Positions 1 through 10,729 of a stretch of 64,000 bases of DNA are shown one piece after another. Within the stretch, counting starts at the first letter, position 1. Each line of letters opens with the position of its first letter. A program made the position numbers and the translations under genes. This DNA comes from Histomonas meleagridis 2922-C6/04-290x. Lineage: Eukaryota > Protista > Parabasalia. Location: contig JAANOX010000243.1 of NCBI GenBank assembly GCA_020184695.1, forward strand, positions 1 to 64,000, given 5' to 3'. Under the pieces are notes generated by a model. That model worked only from the letters and a program-made list of their open reading frames with translations, did no database searches and was not told the DNA's origin.

Positions 1-56
<56 letters not shown>
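1..56. repeat. (ATGTAT)n hexamer microsatellite, 9+ copies, truncated by the window start
   Basis: Perfect ATGTAT units from 1 to 54 plus AT. Confidence 0.95.
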
Positions 57-134
57 TTGACAAAATTAGTTTTAATTATTATATTTATAAAAATAAATAA
101 GGTAAAATTAAGATTTTTTATTTCCTAATTGAAG

Positions 135-398
135 TGGACAGAAATTTCCGGCCGATGGACAGTTTTTTTCGGCTCGCGTCAAAACCGTTTTAGCCGAAAA
201 AGGCTTTGGACAGAAATTTCCGGCTAATGGACAATTTTTCGGCTCGCGGCCGTTTACTTTAAATGCCGGTCATTTCGTGTTCAGAAATTTCCGGCCGATG
301 GAGAGATTTTTCGGCTCGCGGCCGTTTGCTCTAAACAACGGTTATTTTTTGGACAGAAATTTCCGGCCGATGGACAGATTTTCGTGTACGGTACTGTA
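135..398. mobile_element. Four degenerate ~72-bp direct repeats ending in ...TACTG|TA; probable subterminal array and end of a Tc1/mariner-pogo-type DNA transposon
   Basis: Core TGGACAGAAATTTCCGGCCGATGGACAG..TTTTCGGCTCGCG starts at 135, 207, 278 and 350 (spacings 72, 71, 72) and is GC-rich against its flanks. The minus strand reads TA-CAGTACCGTACACG from 398. Repeat is certain; transposon identity is inference. Confidence 0.5.
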
Positions 399-906
399 AA
401 ATATCACGTTTCAAGAAACAATTTTTCTTCAACATCCCTTAAAAAAGATTACGCTTCATGTTATATGAAAATTTATAAAACTTAAAGGATTTAAATTTCA
501 AGACAGAAGAGCTTACAACATCGACATTTTTCTCCAATGATAAAGAAATTGAATAAAAGTATTTTGCCAATTAAAAAGTTTTACGAAATAAGATGAATTC
601 GTCTTCAATTTAATTATTAATGAAAAACATATTTTCAATTTGATTTAAAATTCACTGCAATGCTAGTAAATTCGTTTTGGTTCGCTGATAAAGAAAATTT
701 AATCAGAAAAATTGCACATAATTTTGAATGCTTATATCGTTGTCAAAGCCGATGTGAATATTTTTTCTCAATTTTCATCTATCGTTGTTATGTCATAGTT
801 CTTGCTCTAAACAGAAAATTTACCCTTTTCTTTTTTTCTGAGACAATCAACTAAAAAATAAATAATAATAATTTTTTTTACAAAAAACATAATGAAAATA
901 TGTGAT

Positions 907-2043
907 TTATACTCCGCTAATCACAAATTGTTCAATTCCTTTATAATCAGGTATTTCAGTTTTAATTTTTGTACCTTTAAATAAGAAATTCATATTTGAA
1001 AGGTAAAGTTCCGAAGCAACATTCATGGTCCAATCATAATAATCCTCTGTATCAGATATATCCTCAAGATGTCCTTCTATTGGTTTAATTTTATCAGATG
1101 GAACATCCAATTGAAATTTGGATACAATACATCGAACTAATTTAGAATTCGTTCTTTCGTAAGTTAACATAAGATCTGAAATCGAAGAATGAAATTCATT
1201 ATTTAATAAAAGCTTTGCTAACAAAAGATTTGTAATTCTATTGTTTACGGAAAGTGGCGGATAACCGTCATCAGGAAATGAAAGAGAACAAAGAAGACAA
1301 AATTCATCACTTATTTCCCCTGTTATCTTACAAAGATATGGAGAAATAGAAGACCCATTTTGTATGTAGGGTTTAGAATATGTGTGAAATGGGTTTTTGT
1401 GTTGATTCATAAGAATAATCACAAGCATGATAATTGAAGAGTTCCTTCCACCGCCATTTATGTAATCAAATAATGTGTATGCAATAGCCATTGATTGAAA
1501 ACTTTGAGTAAGTTCGTGACAAAATCTTTTGTCTTGATGAAATGAAATTAAGATTGAAAATGTTAAACTAATAAGATCAAAAAATGGGACGCTTGACTCA
1601 AGTTCATCAATGAGACTTTGTGAGTCATCATATTTTATTGTATTTAAGTAATTATTTAAATAATTTATCATTAATATTGATGGAGTATTTTCCTCATTAA
1701 GAACTGTAATTTTACCAAAAATAAAATTTGTGAATGTAGTGGGTGATTTGTCAGTGCATAAAAAAGGGAAAATTCGGAGTAATATTGTTGCTGAATTTAC
1801 ACGTGTTTGAAAATCATACGAACTAAATCCTTCAAAGCATGTTATAATTAGATTGAATAAATTTGATTCCGGTGCATTTAATAAATTCGAAAATACGTAT
1901 GATTCAATGATTAAAATTTCTGAATAATTAGAAGCAGAAGAAATTAATTTTCGATACTTACTATTTTCAATTGGGTATGGAGTGTTTGATAATTCTTCTA
2001 AATTTTGCTGAACCCAAGAATCAACAGAAACAGAAATCCCCAT
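907..2043 (-). CDS. Hypothetical protein, 378 aa, helical
   Basis: Long ORF in AT-rich DNA, head-to-head with the next gene (52-bp gap); no recognisable motif. Confidence 0.75.
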   Translation of the reverse strand: MGISVSVDSWVQQNLEELSNTPYPIENSKYRKLISSASNYSEILIIESYVFSNLLNAPESNLFNLIITCFEGFSSYDFQTRVNSATILLRIFPFLCTDKSPTTFTNFIFGKITVLNEENTPSILMINYLNNYLNTIKYDDSQSLIDELESSVPFFDLISLTFSILISFHQDKRFCHELTQSFQSMAIAYTLFDYINGGGRNSSIIMLVIILMNQHKNPFHTYSKPYIQNGSSISPYLCKITGEISDEFCLLCSLSFPDDGYPPLSVNNRITNLLLAKLLLNNEFHSSISDLMLTYERTNSKLVRCIVSKFQLDVPSDKIKPIEGHLEDISDTEDYYDWTMNVASELYLSNMNFLFKGTKIKTEIPDYKGIEQFVISGV

Positions 2044-2095
2044 TTAATGGCAGTTTATGTAAAACCATTATGTCTGTCACTTTTTATGGACTAGA

Positions 2096-3328
2096 ATGGC
2101 GGTTAAAGACGTTATTGAAAGAAGACGTTTGTTCAAAATGTTTCGACAATTCACTAATCATACTCAAAAAAGAAAGAAAGATACAAAGTCAGATGAAGCA
2201 TTAACATTAGCAAATGAGCTTCTTGATGGAAAAGATCCGAATACTCTAAATAAAAAAGAAATTGAAATTGCAATCAAAGGAGTAAATTATATTCGTCATC
2301 AAGCAATCGTGCGAAATAACAAAAAGCTAATTGTTGAAACAGATACTCTATTGCGAAATCTTGAAACTCAAAAACAAAAAAATTTAACTCCAAAAAAAAC
2401 AATTCCTCTTCCAGCACATTTAACACCAACAAACAGCGATAGGCATCGACTTGAACCAATTGTTGATGCATTAACTGAAGGGTATGAAGTAGATACAATT
2501 GATCTTAATGTAATTCCAAAACTACGTGTTATTCTTAAGGAAAGAAGGGAGTGTGCAGTGCAAAATGGTAATTACGAAGTTGCCAAAATTCTTACAAGTC
2601 ATATTAATTCATTAAATGAAATTCAAACCATTAAAATTTCCGCACCTTCAGATTTATTTTTACAAAGCCAACCTACTGAATATGACAAAGCAGAAGCCAA
2701 AATAAAGAATGCTGAGAAATCTCTTCGAAGAGCAGAAAATGCACTTTTCAATCTTGAAGCCACTTATGAACAAGAATCAGAAAATTATACTGAACAACGC
2801 GAAATATCACAAAGCAATATTTTCCAAGCATTAGAAGACTTCATTGATGATATTGAAGTTGAATATCAAGAACTTGAAATGGGAAAAGGCTTTAAAGCAA
2901 GTAAAAGGCTTCTTAATATGCGGTTCCAACAAAAGCGCTTATTAAAAGGCGCATTTTTTGATGAAGCTGAACGACTTAAAAAGGACGCGGACAAACTTGA
3001 AGCAGAAGAACGAAAAGAATTTGATGAGAAAACTCGTAAAGCATTAGAAGCTAAAGAGATGAAATTTAAGAGGATGTGCGAACTAAAGATAAAACAATCG
3101 AATCAAATATGGGACAAAAAAATGGAAGAATTAAAGCAAAAGAATGAAAAAGAAATCAAAACAATCGAAAATGAAATCGAAGCATTAAAGGAACAAATCC
3201 AAAGATTACGCGAAATACAAAAAGAATATGAAGAAATGTATGATGAGGAAGAAGAAGAGTTCTTTGAAAACGGCGAATTTGTCGAGGAAGAAGAATTCTT
3301 CGGTGAAGAAGAAGAATTCATCGAGTAG
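2096..3328 (+). CDS. Coiled-coil protein with UVR-like motifs and an acidic tail, 410 aa (frame continues past TAG to 3433)
   Basis: K/E-rich heptads; CAVQNGNYEVAK and FFDEAERLKKDAD UVR-like motifs; TCACTT Inr-like motif upstream. Confidence 0.8.
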   Translation: MAVKDVIERRRLFKMFRQFTNHTQKRKKDTKSDEALTLANELLDGKDPNTLNKKEIEIAIKGVNYIRHQAIVRNNKKLIVETDTLLRNLETQKQKNLTPKKTIPLPAHLTPTNSDRHRLEPIVDALTEGYEVDTIDLNVIPKLRVILKERRECAVQNGNYEVAKILTSHINSLNEIQTIKISAPSDLFLQSQPTEYDKAEAKIKNAEKSLRRAENALFNLEATYEQESENYTEQREISQSNIFQALEDFIDDIEVEYQELEMGKGFKASKRLLNMRFQQKRLLKGAFFDEAERLKKDADKLEAEERKEFDEKTRKALEAKEMKFKRMCELKIKQSNQIWDKKMEELKQKNEKEIKTIENEIEALKEQIQRLREIQKEYEEMYDEEEEEFFENGEFVEEEEFFGEEEEFIE

Positions 3329-4194
3329 GAAATGTTGTGCGGAGAAGAAGAAGAGTTTTATATAAATGAAGAACAATTTTATGAAGAAGAACAGTTTCAA
3401 GAAATGTTTTATCCGGAAGAAGAACAGTATTAAAAATTACGAAATTGTTGTTGTAAAAATCAATTTATTTAAATATAATATAATTATATTTCTGTTTTTA
3501 TTTTGATAAATGCACGAATTTAAAAATATTATTATTGAAACTTCAGAATTAACAATTGAACTTAGAGTTTATATTGTTCTTGGTTACCATTCATTTTTAT
3601 TGACATATTATGTCGAATTATTAAAAATATATAATAATTCCTCAAAAAATCCTTCTAAAAATGGAGAAATCATTTGAAAGTTTAATGTAACATTGAAGAA
3701 CGTTTATTTGAAAAAATAAATCTGACAATAACCGTATACATTCAGAAACGGTTAAATTTGAACAGAAATGTCATGCTTATAAACCTTATTTATTGTGCTT
3801 TGGACCAACATATTGGTCATTTCAAGTGTAAGACTTTCTTAAACCGATATTATGTAAAGTGTTATGAATGACTTCATATAATCTCTTTGAATTTTAAGCA
3901 AATTTTGTGAAAAGATTATTATCTAACATAAACCCTGAAATCCACATCATACTATTTTGTTGTGTTCTAAGCATTTTTAATATTATTAGACAAATTACGA
4001 CTATGATAAAACTGTCAGTTGGTCGGTGTAAAGTTCGTGTTAACGATTGAAAAATATTTTTGAATGTTAAATTGACCTCAAAATATGTTTTCAATACTTA
4101 TCATTCAAAATTCTCTCATGAGTTATGAAATTTGATGTAATATTAAATTCCACAATAAGTTCAATAGTGCGAATTCTATTTTCAACTTACTCTG

Positions 4195-5910
4195 ATGAAT
4201 ATTCGTTATGCATTCTTCATGTTATTGATTCTTATTACACACCGTACACCGACAATGGAACAAAGCCCTACCATGGCTCAGGAAATCTATAAATTTGATG
4301 AAATTAGAAATCAATATCATAATTTTGCTCCAAAATATGTTTCAATTAATATGACAACTATTAATAGCTTATGGACATGTTGCTGTCTGTCGCTTTTTTA
4401 TGATTCTAATATAATTAATCATAATTTTACGATGAATCCAATATTTATTAATCATGTAATTTCATACAATAACAAAAGCAATTTGAATTTTATACTCAAG
4501 CTAATATATTTTATAACATTATTTGTTATTTTTAATGCCAAAACATATCCAAGTAATAACATATTCATTTCAAGACGGAAACTTCATTTCATTTTTGTTT
4601 CATTAATCACTGCCTTATTTTTCCAATATACAACTGAAATATATTTTGATTCTGACACTCAAACACTTCAAATCACCAGTAGTGATGATTACTCACAAAA
4701 GTCATCATACAAAGATCAAACTCTTCATCTAGAAATCAGTGGAATAGATAGCATTTCACAAAGTGGATTTCAACGATGGAGTTCATTACAAACAGTAAAA
4801 ATGATTGATTCTGTTTTACAAATCTTTACATATGCATTTACTTCCTGTTCAAGTCTTCAAACAATTACCTTTACTGAAGTTTTACAAAGCATTGGTAATT
4901 ATGCATTTCAAGATTGCCGTAGCTTAATGAATATTACGATTCCAAACTCCGTTACATCAATTGGAAGTTATGCTTTTTATGGATGTTCATCTGCTAAATT
5001 GATTTTAATTAGTGAAAATCTTGAAGAAATACGTTCTTCATGTTTTCGATCATGTACATCTTTAACGAGTATTGAGATTCCAATTGCAATCACAACAATA
5101 TATGATTATGCATTTCAAGATTGTCGTAATCTCAAATGTATTTATTTTAATGGTGATACATCACCAACAATTTATAACGCTGCATTTACTGGTATAACAT
5201 CAGATGCAATTGTAATGACACTTTCATCATATGTTGGTGAAAGTTTTGGTTCATTAAATGTATCTAAAGGAACACTTGCTGATCAATGTCTTCCACCGAC
5301 ATTAACATTTACAAGATCGAATACATATTCTAAATCAAATGTATTTACAAGTTCGAATACATATACTAAATCAAAAGTATTTACAAGTTCGAATACATTT
5401 GAAATTTCATTACTAAGTAATCAAACGTATTCAATTTATAGCACATTAATTTATTCATTTTCGGTAACGAAAACAATTATAATTTCAAATACATATACTA
5501 ATACTATTATTATTACAAGAATTAATGATAAAGAAACTTACATTGATACAGTATTAACATTTTATAGTTATACAGATGTTATTAATTCATATTATGTATC
5601 ATTTTATTCCAACTTTTATTCTGTTATGTATAAAAATACCGAAAATGTGAATGATAATGATGGAAACACAAAAAGTATTATCATTGGAGTTTGCGTAGCA
5701 GTTGTGGCAATAATTATCATAGCAATACTTTCAGTGTTGTTAATATATATCAAAAATAAGAAAAAGAATATAATCGAAAATGTTGTAGAAGATGAAGAAT
5801 CAGATGATAACCAAATAGTAAACACAGTGAATATAAATACTGAAAATATCGAAGAGGATCCATTTGCAGCTGATTTCCAAGAAGACACTTACTTCAAAAA
5901 TGCGGTTTGA
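4195..5910 (+). CDS. BspA-like (TpLRR/LRR_5) type I surface protein; true start uncertain
   Basis: Repeats such as SIGNYAFQDCRSLMNITIPNSVTSIGSYAFYGCSS; FTxSNT stalk; TM helix IIIGVCVAVVAIIIIAILSVLLIYI; acidic tail ending EEDPFAADFQEDTYF. Confidence 0.9.
   Translation: MNIRYAFFMLLILITHRTPTMEQSPTMAQEIYKFDEIRNQYHNFAPKYVSINMTTINSLWTCCCLSLFYDSNIINHNFTMNPIFINHVISYNNKSNLNFILKLIYFITLFVIFNAKTYPSNNIFISRRKLHFIFVSLITALFFQYTTEIYFDSDTQTLQITSSDDYSQKSSYKDQTLHLEISGIDSISQSGFQRWSSLQTVKMIDSVLQIFTYAFTSCSSLQTITFTEVLQSIGNYAFQDCRSLMNITIPNSVTSIGSYAFYGCSSAKLILISENLEEIRSSCFRSCTSLTSIEIPIAITTIYDYAFQDCRNLKCIYFNGDTSPTIYNAAFTGITSDAIVMTLSSYVGESFGSLNVSKGTLADQCLPPTLTFTRSNTYSKSNVFTSSNTYTKSKVFTSSNTFEISLLSNQTYSIYSTLIYSFSVTKTIIISNTYTNTIIITRINDKETYIDTVLTFYSYTDVINSYYVSFYSNFYSVMYKNTENVNDNDGNTKSIIIGVCVAVVAIIIIAILSVLLIYIKNKKKNIIENVVEDEESDDNQIVNTVNINTENIEEDPFAADFQEDTYFKNAV
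5307..5400 (+). repeat. 36-bp coding tandem repeat (FTxSNTYxKSxV) in the BspA stalk, ~2.6 copies
   Basis: ATTTACAAG at 5307, 5343 and 5379. Confidence 0.85.
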
Positions 5911-6651
5911 TTGTATAATAAACATAACTTTGTATAAAATTTAATTTATTATAACTTGAAAAGTGTCATTGAGCCAAATGTTTGATATTATTCCTATGAA
6001 CACAAATAGTTTAAAAAAGAAAATATTGATGCTGAACGTCAAAATATTAATATGAAGTTACTCATATCTCTTAAGCAATTAATATTTGATTTAACTGAAT
6101 AAAATCTTGTTTTATCACTCAACAAACAATGGAATTATTTGATTTAAAATATCCATCTTCATGTGTTAAGTAATTTAATATACTTTACATTTTTTTTTAC
6201 AAAAGAAAGTTCTATTTGATAAAATCTGGAATATCACAGTGATATAAATAAATAAAGTATAGAAATCAACAACACATTTTAAATATAATTAACGTATTTT
6301 TGAGAAGATAGTAAAATTTTGATAATGTTCACCATTCATCAAAAAGCTTCTATCGGCGTTGTTATCGTTGATTGTAAACTATGTAAAAGTTGGTTTGAAA
6401 CCAAAAGTGCACTTCTTGGAATGAAAAAATAAATTTATCTCGTGATATTCTTAGTTTTTATTAATCAAAGATGTAACTATTAATATATATGATATATTCA
6501 AAATACCAAGATTGTAATATAATCGCTATATTGGGATTTTGCAAAATCTCAACACCAATTTATTTGAAGAAGAAATGAGTTTAATAAATACCTTTATGTT
6601 GACATTAAATAGATTAATATCTGAAAAGAAAAAAATAAAAAAATTGTTCAT

Positions 6652-7044
6652 TTAAAAGAACATTCCAAGAATCTTTCCGCCTGCATTCTTCTTACGAGCT
6701 TCTTCGTGATCAAGAATTCCATGGGATGTAGTTAAAACAACATAGCCAAATTGACGTGAAGGAAGAAGCTTTGATTGCCAATTTTCTAATTCAGTGAGTT
6801 GAACATCGAAACGAGGACAAATTGCAACACACTTATTGAGTCTTCCAAGGAGGTTAATGATGATCTTTCCAGAACGGTGATCATCAATGACTTCGAATTC
6901 ACCGATATAACCGCGTTTCATCATAACTTTCAAGAACTGAATAATAACTTTGCTGCATGGGCGAACGAGAACTTGACGTTTGCCTTGGCGTTCTGCGTTT
7001 GTGATTGCTTTAAGAGCATCTGCAAGGACTGAAGTCCGAACCAT
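6652..7044 (-). CDS. RPS15A: 40S ribosomal protein S15a (uS8), 130 aa
   Basis: [29 protein letters not shown]...GKILGMFF. True ATG at 7044 gives the canonical length; the ORF-track start at 7071 is a non-ATG extension. Confidence 0.97.
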   Translation of the reverse strand: MVRTSVLADALKAITNAERQGKRQVLVRPCSKVIIQFLKVMMKRGYIGEFEVIDDHRSGKIIINLLGRLNKCVAICPRFDVQLTELENWQSKLLPSRQFGYVVLTTSHGILDHEEARKKNAGGKILGMFF

Positions 7045-7047
7045 CCG

Positions 7048-7136
7048 AAAGGCGGACCAAACCGTTAACAACCGTCATGAATACGTTAAACAGAAAACAA
7101 AAAGTAAAAAAGTGACTATTTACTGGTCACTTTTTT
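7048..7136 (-). promoter_or_regulatory. RPS15A promoter: M5 (CCTTT), two M3/Myb-like sites and an inverted pair of M2 motifs
   Basis: On the minus strand: CCTTT at 7052-7048, AACGGTTT at 7066-7059, GACGGTTG at 7076-7069. AAAAAAGTGAC 7106-7116 and GTCACTTTTTT 7126-7136 form an inverted pair. Confidence 0.7.
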
Positions 7137-8196
7137 GTAATCTATACACAATTTACTTGATTTATGAAACATTGCAATTTGCATATAAAAAATATGATTA
7201 TTATCTTATTTTGGTGAATCTTTTAAAATAAACTTTGAAGCGATTTTTTTTCTAAATTTTGTTTGTGCTACATTTTTGATTGTACAATTCAAATTCCATG
7301 CATTTCTGCAATTATGAATTTTCATTCTTGGTATTACCTTGATGGATTCCTTTTATAAAAGTACTTTTATAATTAATTTAGGTGTACTTCTTTTATTGTT
7401 CGAAAAAATATCTGATGTTTAATTAAATAACTGCCATTAACAGAGTTAAAGTTTTAGCATGCAAATTCTATGAACAAGAAATTATTATATTTTTATGCAT
7501 AACTTTATAAAGTTATTGTTGTGAAAAAAGGTGAAATTTTTATGCAAAAAAAGCATAAATAATAAATAAACATGAAAGAAAGTAATTTTTTGTTGAAGAA
7601 AAATTGATCAACAAGCTTAAGTAATATTTCATAAGGTAAACACATTAAAATCGTTCATTATCAAAAATGTGAGAATTTATTTTTTTTTTTTTTTAGATAG
7701 ATTTTTGTAACGAAAAGCAACTAGTTGTTTTGGTTACAGAAATAAAGTTGTAATTTTGATGTTTATTGTATATTTTGGAAATTTATAAATTTTAATGCTA
7801 TACAAAGTTCAATTTGAAAGATTATTAACAACATGGAACAAGTTAACATTGATTATAACCAACTGATTGAATTAAAAATTGTTGTTGATTAAATGTGGCA
7901 GATGGATTTTTCCACTTCTCTATTTGGTCTGACACATTGAATTCTTTGAGACATGCATTCAATCCTCAAGTAACAGCGTTATTTTTGAAAGCATCAATGA
8001 ATTTTCTGTAAGATTTAAAATCTTCGCTTTGTGCAATTTGGAGGTTAAATCCAGCCGAAGCTGATTTACTATAAGAAAAAGTTCTAACCCCATGGAATAA
8101 TCCGTTCAAAATTGAATTCTGAACTTAAAAATCATTCAAAATCAGTTTGCAATTCCTTATAGTTTACTTCTTCGTTAAAATAATCTTCATATCAAA

Positions 8197-8757
8197 TCAA
8201 ACAGATTCGGGGATTGGGTTTAACAAATTGTTAATCTGAAAGAAATATAAAGGATCAAATTGAGGTTCAGTTTTCTTCTGATCATTTGACACAATATCTT
8301 TTTCATTCATATTAATATTAACATGATATCTTGAAGAAACGTCACTTATTAACCTACCGCAAAAATAAAAGTCTTCTTCCGAGTTGACATTCAGTTTCAA
8401 TTTTTTTATCTTTCTCATAATTGTGTTCCATCTATTTTTAACATTATTAAGTGATCTGTTTTGAAAGCACTTGCAAATAATTGACCATTTTGGACCATAT
8501 ATATTATATTTTTCAAATAATATATGATCTTCTTCAGGTGTCCAAGGAGAACGATTTACACTCGGTGACAAATAAAATTTCCACCTTTCTCTGCATTGTC
8601 TTGCACTTCTTGTCTTCATTCGAGCTGAAATAAAATCCCAACTTTTTAGACCATACTCCTGAACAAGTCTTATGAGCATCTGATCTTCTTCAAGAGTAAA
8701 TGTTTTCCTCTTTTTTTTGGTTCTTATTTCAGGTTGTCTGCTATTGCGGCATTCCAT
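8197..8757 (-). CDS. R2R3 Myb-like DNA-binding protein, 186 aa
   Basis: FTLEEDQMLIRLVQEYGLKSWDFISARMKTRSARQCRERW and WTPEEDHILFEKYNIYGPKWSIICKCFQNRSLNNVKNRW. Confidence 0.95.
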   Translation of the reverse strand: MECRNSRQPEIRTKKKRKTFTLEEDQMLIRLVQEYGLKSWDFISARMKTRSARQCRERWKFYLSPSVNRSPWTPEEDHILFEKYNIYGPKWSIICKCFQNRSLNNVKNRWNTIMRKIKKLKLNVNSEEDFYFCGRLISDVSSRYHVNINMNEKDIVSNDQKKTEPQFDPLYFFQINNLLNPIPESV

Positions 8758-9829
8758 TTTGAAAAATATTCGGTTTTGGCTAATGTGAAATGTTCTGGAA
8801 ATTCAATGCCGTCATTTTGTTTCAAGGACTGAAAATAAAAACGTTGATAATGGATAAATTTTCAATTTCTGGTGTATTTTGCGTTAAATTTTTTATTTCC
8901 TTTATGAGACAATAAAGGCTTATGTTGGTTGATAGAATTTGAACTTTGAATACAAGTTGGATTGTCGTTTTTTTTAGAAATATCTTTTTTTAAGAAATGA
9001 TGATCATTCTGGAAAAAAAACGTTCTGCTTCTTAAAATTCAATATGTATTCAAACCTCAAAGTTTTTGGATTGAAAGTATTACGGCCGATATGAACGTTA
9101 TTATTGAAAAATTCCTAGGGACCGATTGAATAGTTGTAAAACAACATTTTGAGAGGTGCACCTGTTTGCAAACCGTTGTCATAAAATGAGCATTTTCGGG
9201 CGAATGCGAAATCCTCATATTGCAGGATGGTGAGTTATTTATGTGCAATTTAGAGTGGTTCAGTACAAGAGGCAGAACTGTTTTTATATGTTTCTCCTGC
9301 TGTTTGTATTGCTTCTAAATATTTCATATAAAATAGAACTTTCTTTTGTGAATAAAAAGCAAAGAATATTAAATTACTTAATATGTGACTAAATCCAGAT
9401 GGATATTTAAAACAAATAATATCATTGTTCGTTGATTTGATAAAACAAGATTTTTTTTGTTGAATAAAGTTAAAGAAGGTTTCACAATCAAAATTGGTAG
9501 ATAATCAAAATTTTTATTAACAGATTGATGTATCTTATTTTGGTGAAAGATAGTAAGAATTTTTAAGAATTGACCCTTTCTTTAACTAATTTACTGTTCA
9601 ACATTTATTTTTTCCAAACTTAAAAAACATTTGATTGGGATAAGGGGAATTGTTCATTTTTTGTTGATGGAGATGTATGATACCAAATAAATGCAAAAAT
9701 CGATCGCTAACGGTCAAGTAGTTACCTCAGTACGTTAAGAATCACTCAGAAAAATTTATCGATAAATTTTAAATTGAAAAGTGTGATAAAAAATGTCTCA
9801 AAAAGTAAAAATAGACCGTTTAATTAAAA

Positions 9830-10729
9830 ATGTCTTTGCCTCCAAACATTTCTCACATTATAAATTCATTTTATTGTTCAGAAAATGATCCAAAGAAAGG
9901 GTATGTTATAACACTTTCTTTTTGCACATCGCTTTTCTACGTATTTTTTATTGTTAGTATTATCACTATTTATCGGGTTTACAAAACTTCTAGCCAAGCC
10001 AAATTTTCCAAGATATTTTTTCGAACTTTCTTTTCTGTTACGCTTTTCCTCAAAGCCTCTCTTCTCACACTTGAAGTTTATGGATATGATACTGGAAAAG
10101 AACTTGGTGCATGGAAAGTGATAGTTCTTTTACTTCCAGGGTCTGTTGCAAGCATTGCTTATCTAGTTATTCTTTATAATTGGTGTGGAATATATGGAAA
10201 CTTCATCGGCGGTACCCGTGAAAAAGTCTTTAAATACGTCAAAATATTAATAGCTGTCTTATTAATTATCTTTTCCACCCTTTTCATATTGTTTATAATT
10301 CTTGAAATCTTATATATGAATAATCCCGAAAAATTCAAAACCATTGGTCAAGCGGAGTCAATCAACGCCATTGTTCGTGACACTACTTCCACCATTCTTT
10401 TTCTTGCATTCACCATTTATATTGGTCGAGGTCTTGGCATCTCATGTAAATTATGTTCTGGTACGCAAGAGCAACTTATTTATGCAATGAGCATTGCTAT
10501 ATGTGTTGGGTATATGATAAGAGTTGTTACTCGTGTGTTTTATCGAATAATTGTTCAAAGTTGGAAACGATCTGATTGCAGCAATGAGTTTTTGTATTTT
10601 TATATTTCGAAAGAAATGTTAGGGCAATGTATGCCGCTCGGATTTGTGACTTTTATGGACTTCTTATTGATCCCTTCTGCTTCTGAATATAAAAGTGTGT
10701 TAGATGATGAAATTTCGGGAGAGTATTAA
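9830..10729 (+). CDS. Seven-TM membrane protein, TOM1/THH1 (DUF1084)/GPR137-like, 299 aa
   Basis: Seven hydrophobic segments; TM3 LLPGSVASIAYLVILYNWCGIY resembles the TOM1-family LPG...Y.LL..FW..IY motif. Confidence 0.65.
   Translation: MSLPPNISHIINSFYCSENDPKKGYVITLSFCTSLFYVFFIVSIITIYRVYKTSSQAKFSKIFFRTFFSVTLFLKASLLTLEVYGYDTGKELGAWKVIVLLLPGSVASIAYLVILYNWCGIYGNFIGGTREKVFKYVKILIAVLLIIFSTLFILFIILEILYMNNPEKFKTIGQAESINAIVRDTTSTILFLAFTIYIGRGLGISCKLCSGTQEQLIYAMSIAICVGYMIRVVTRVFYRIIVQSWKRSDCSNEFLYFYISKEMLGQCMPLGFVTFMDFLLIPSASEYKSVLDDEISGEY

Noticed and set aside
1-56. Telomeric repeat
   Set aside because: ATGTAT lacks the G-run of known telomere units, and the tract is cut by the window edge, so its position on the chromosome is unknown.
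135-380. CRISPR-like repeat-spacer appearance
   Set aside because: The linkers resemble one another (GCCGTTT...TAAA...CGGT.ATTT), the repeats are degenerate, there are no cas genes and the context is eukaryotic.
660-854. Short ORFs in intergenic DNA and antisense or nested shadow ORFs (e.g. 660-854, 3894-4094, 9057-9248, 13574-13759, 14825-15037, 31312-31518)
   Set aside because: Mostly non-ATG starts, no motifs, or simple reverse-frame shadows of real genes.
3326-3328. Genome-wide TAG reassignment
   Set aside because: Other genes (C1D-like 28173, both genes at 41442-41445, MPDU1 52265, BspA 58773) end at TAG at natural C-termini with non-coding sequence after.
7900-8150. Possible decayed coding fragments here and at 13900-14400 and 36500-36900
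   Set aside because: Too degraded to assign a frame or family by eye.
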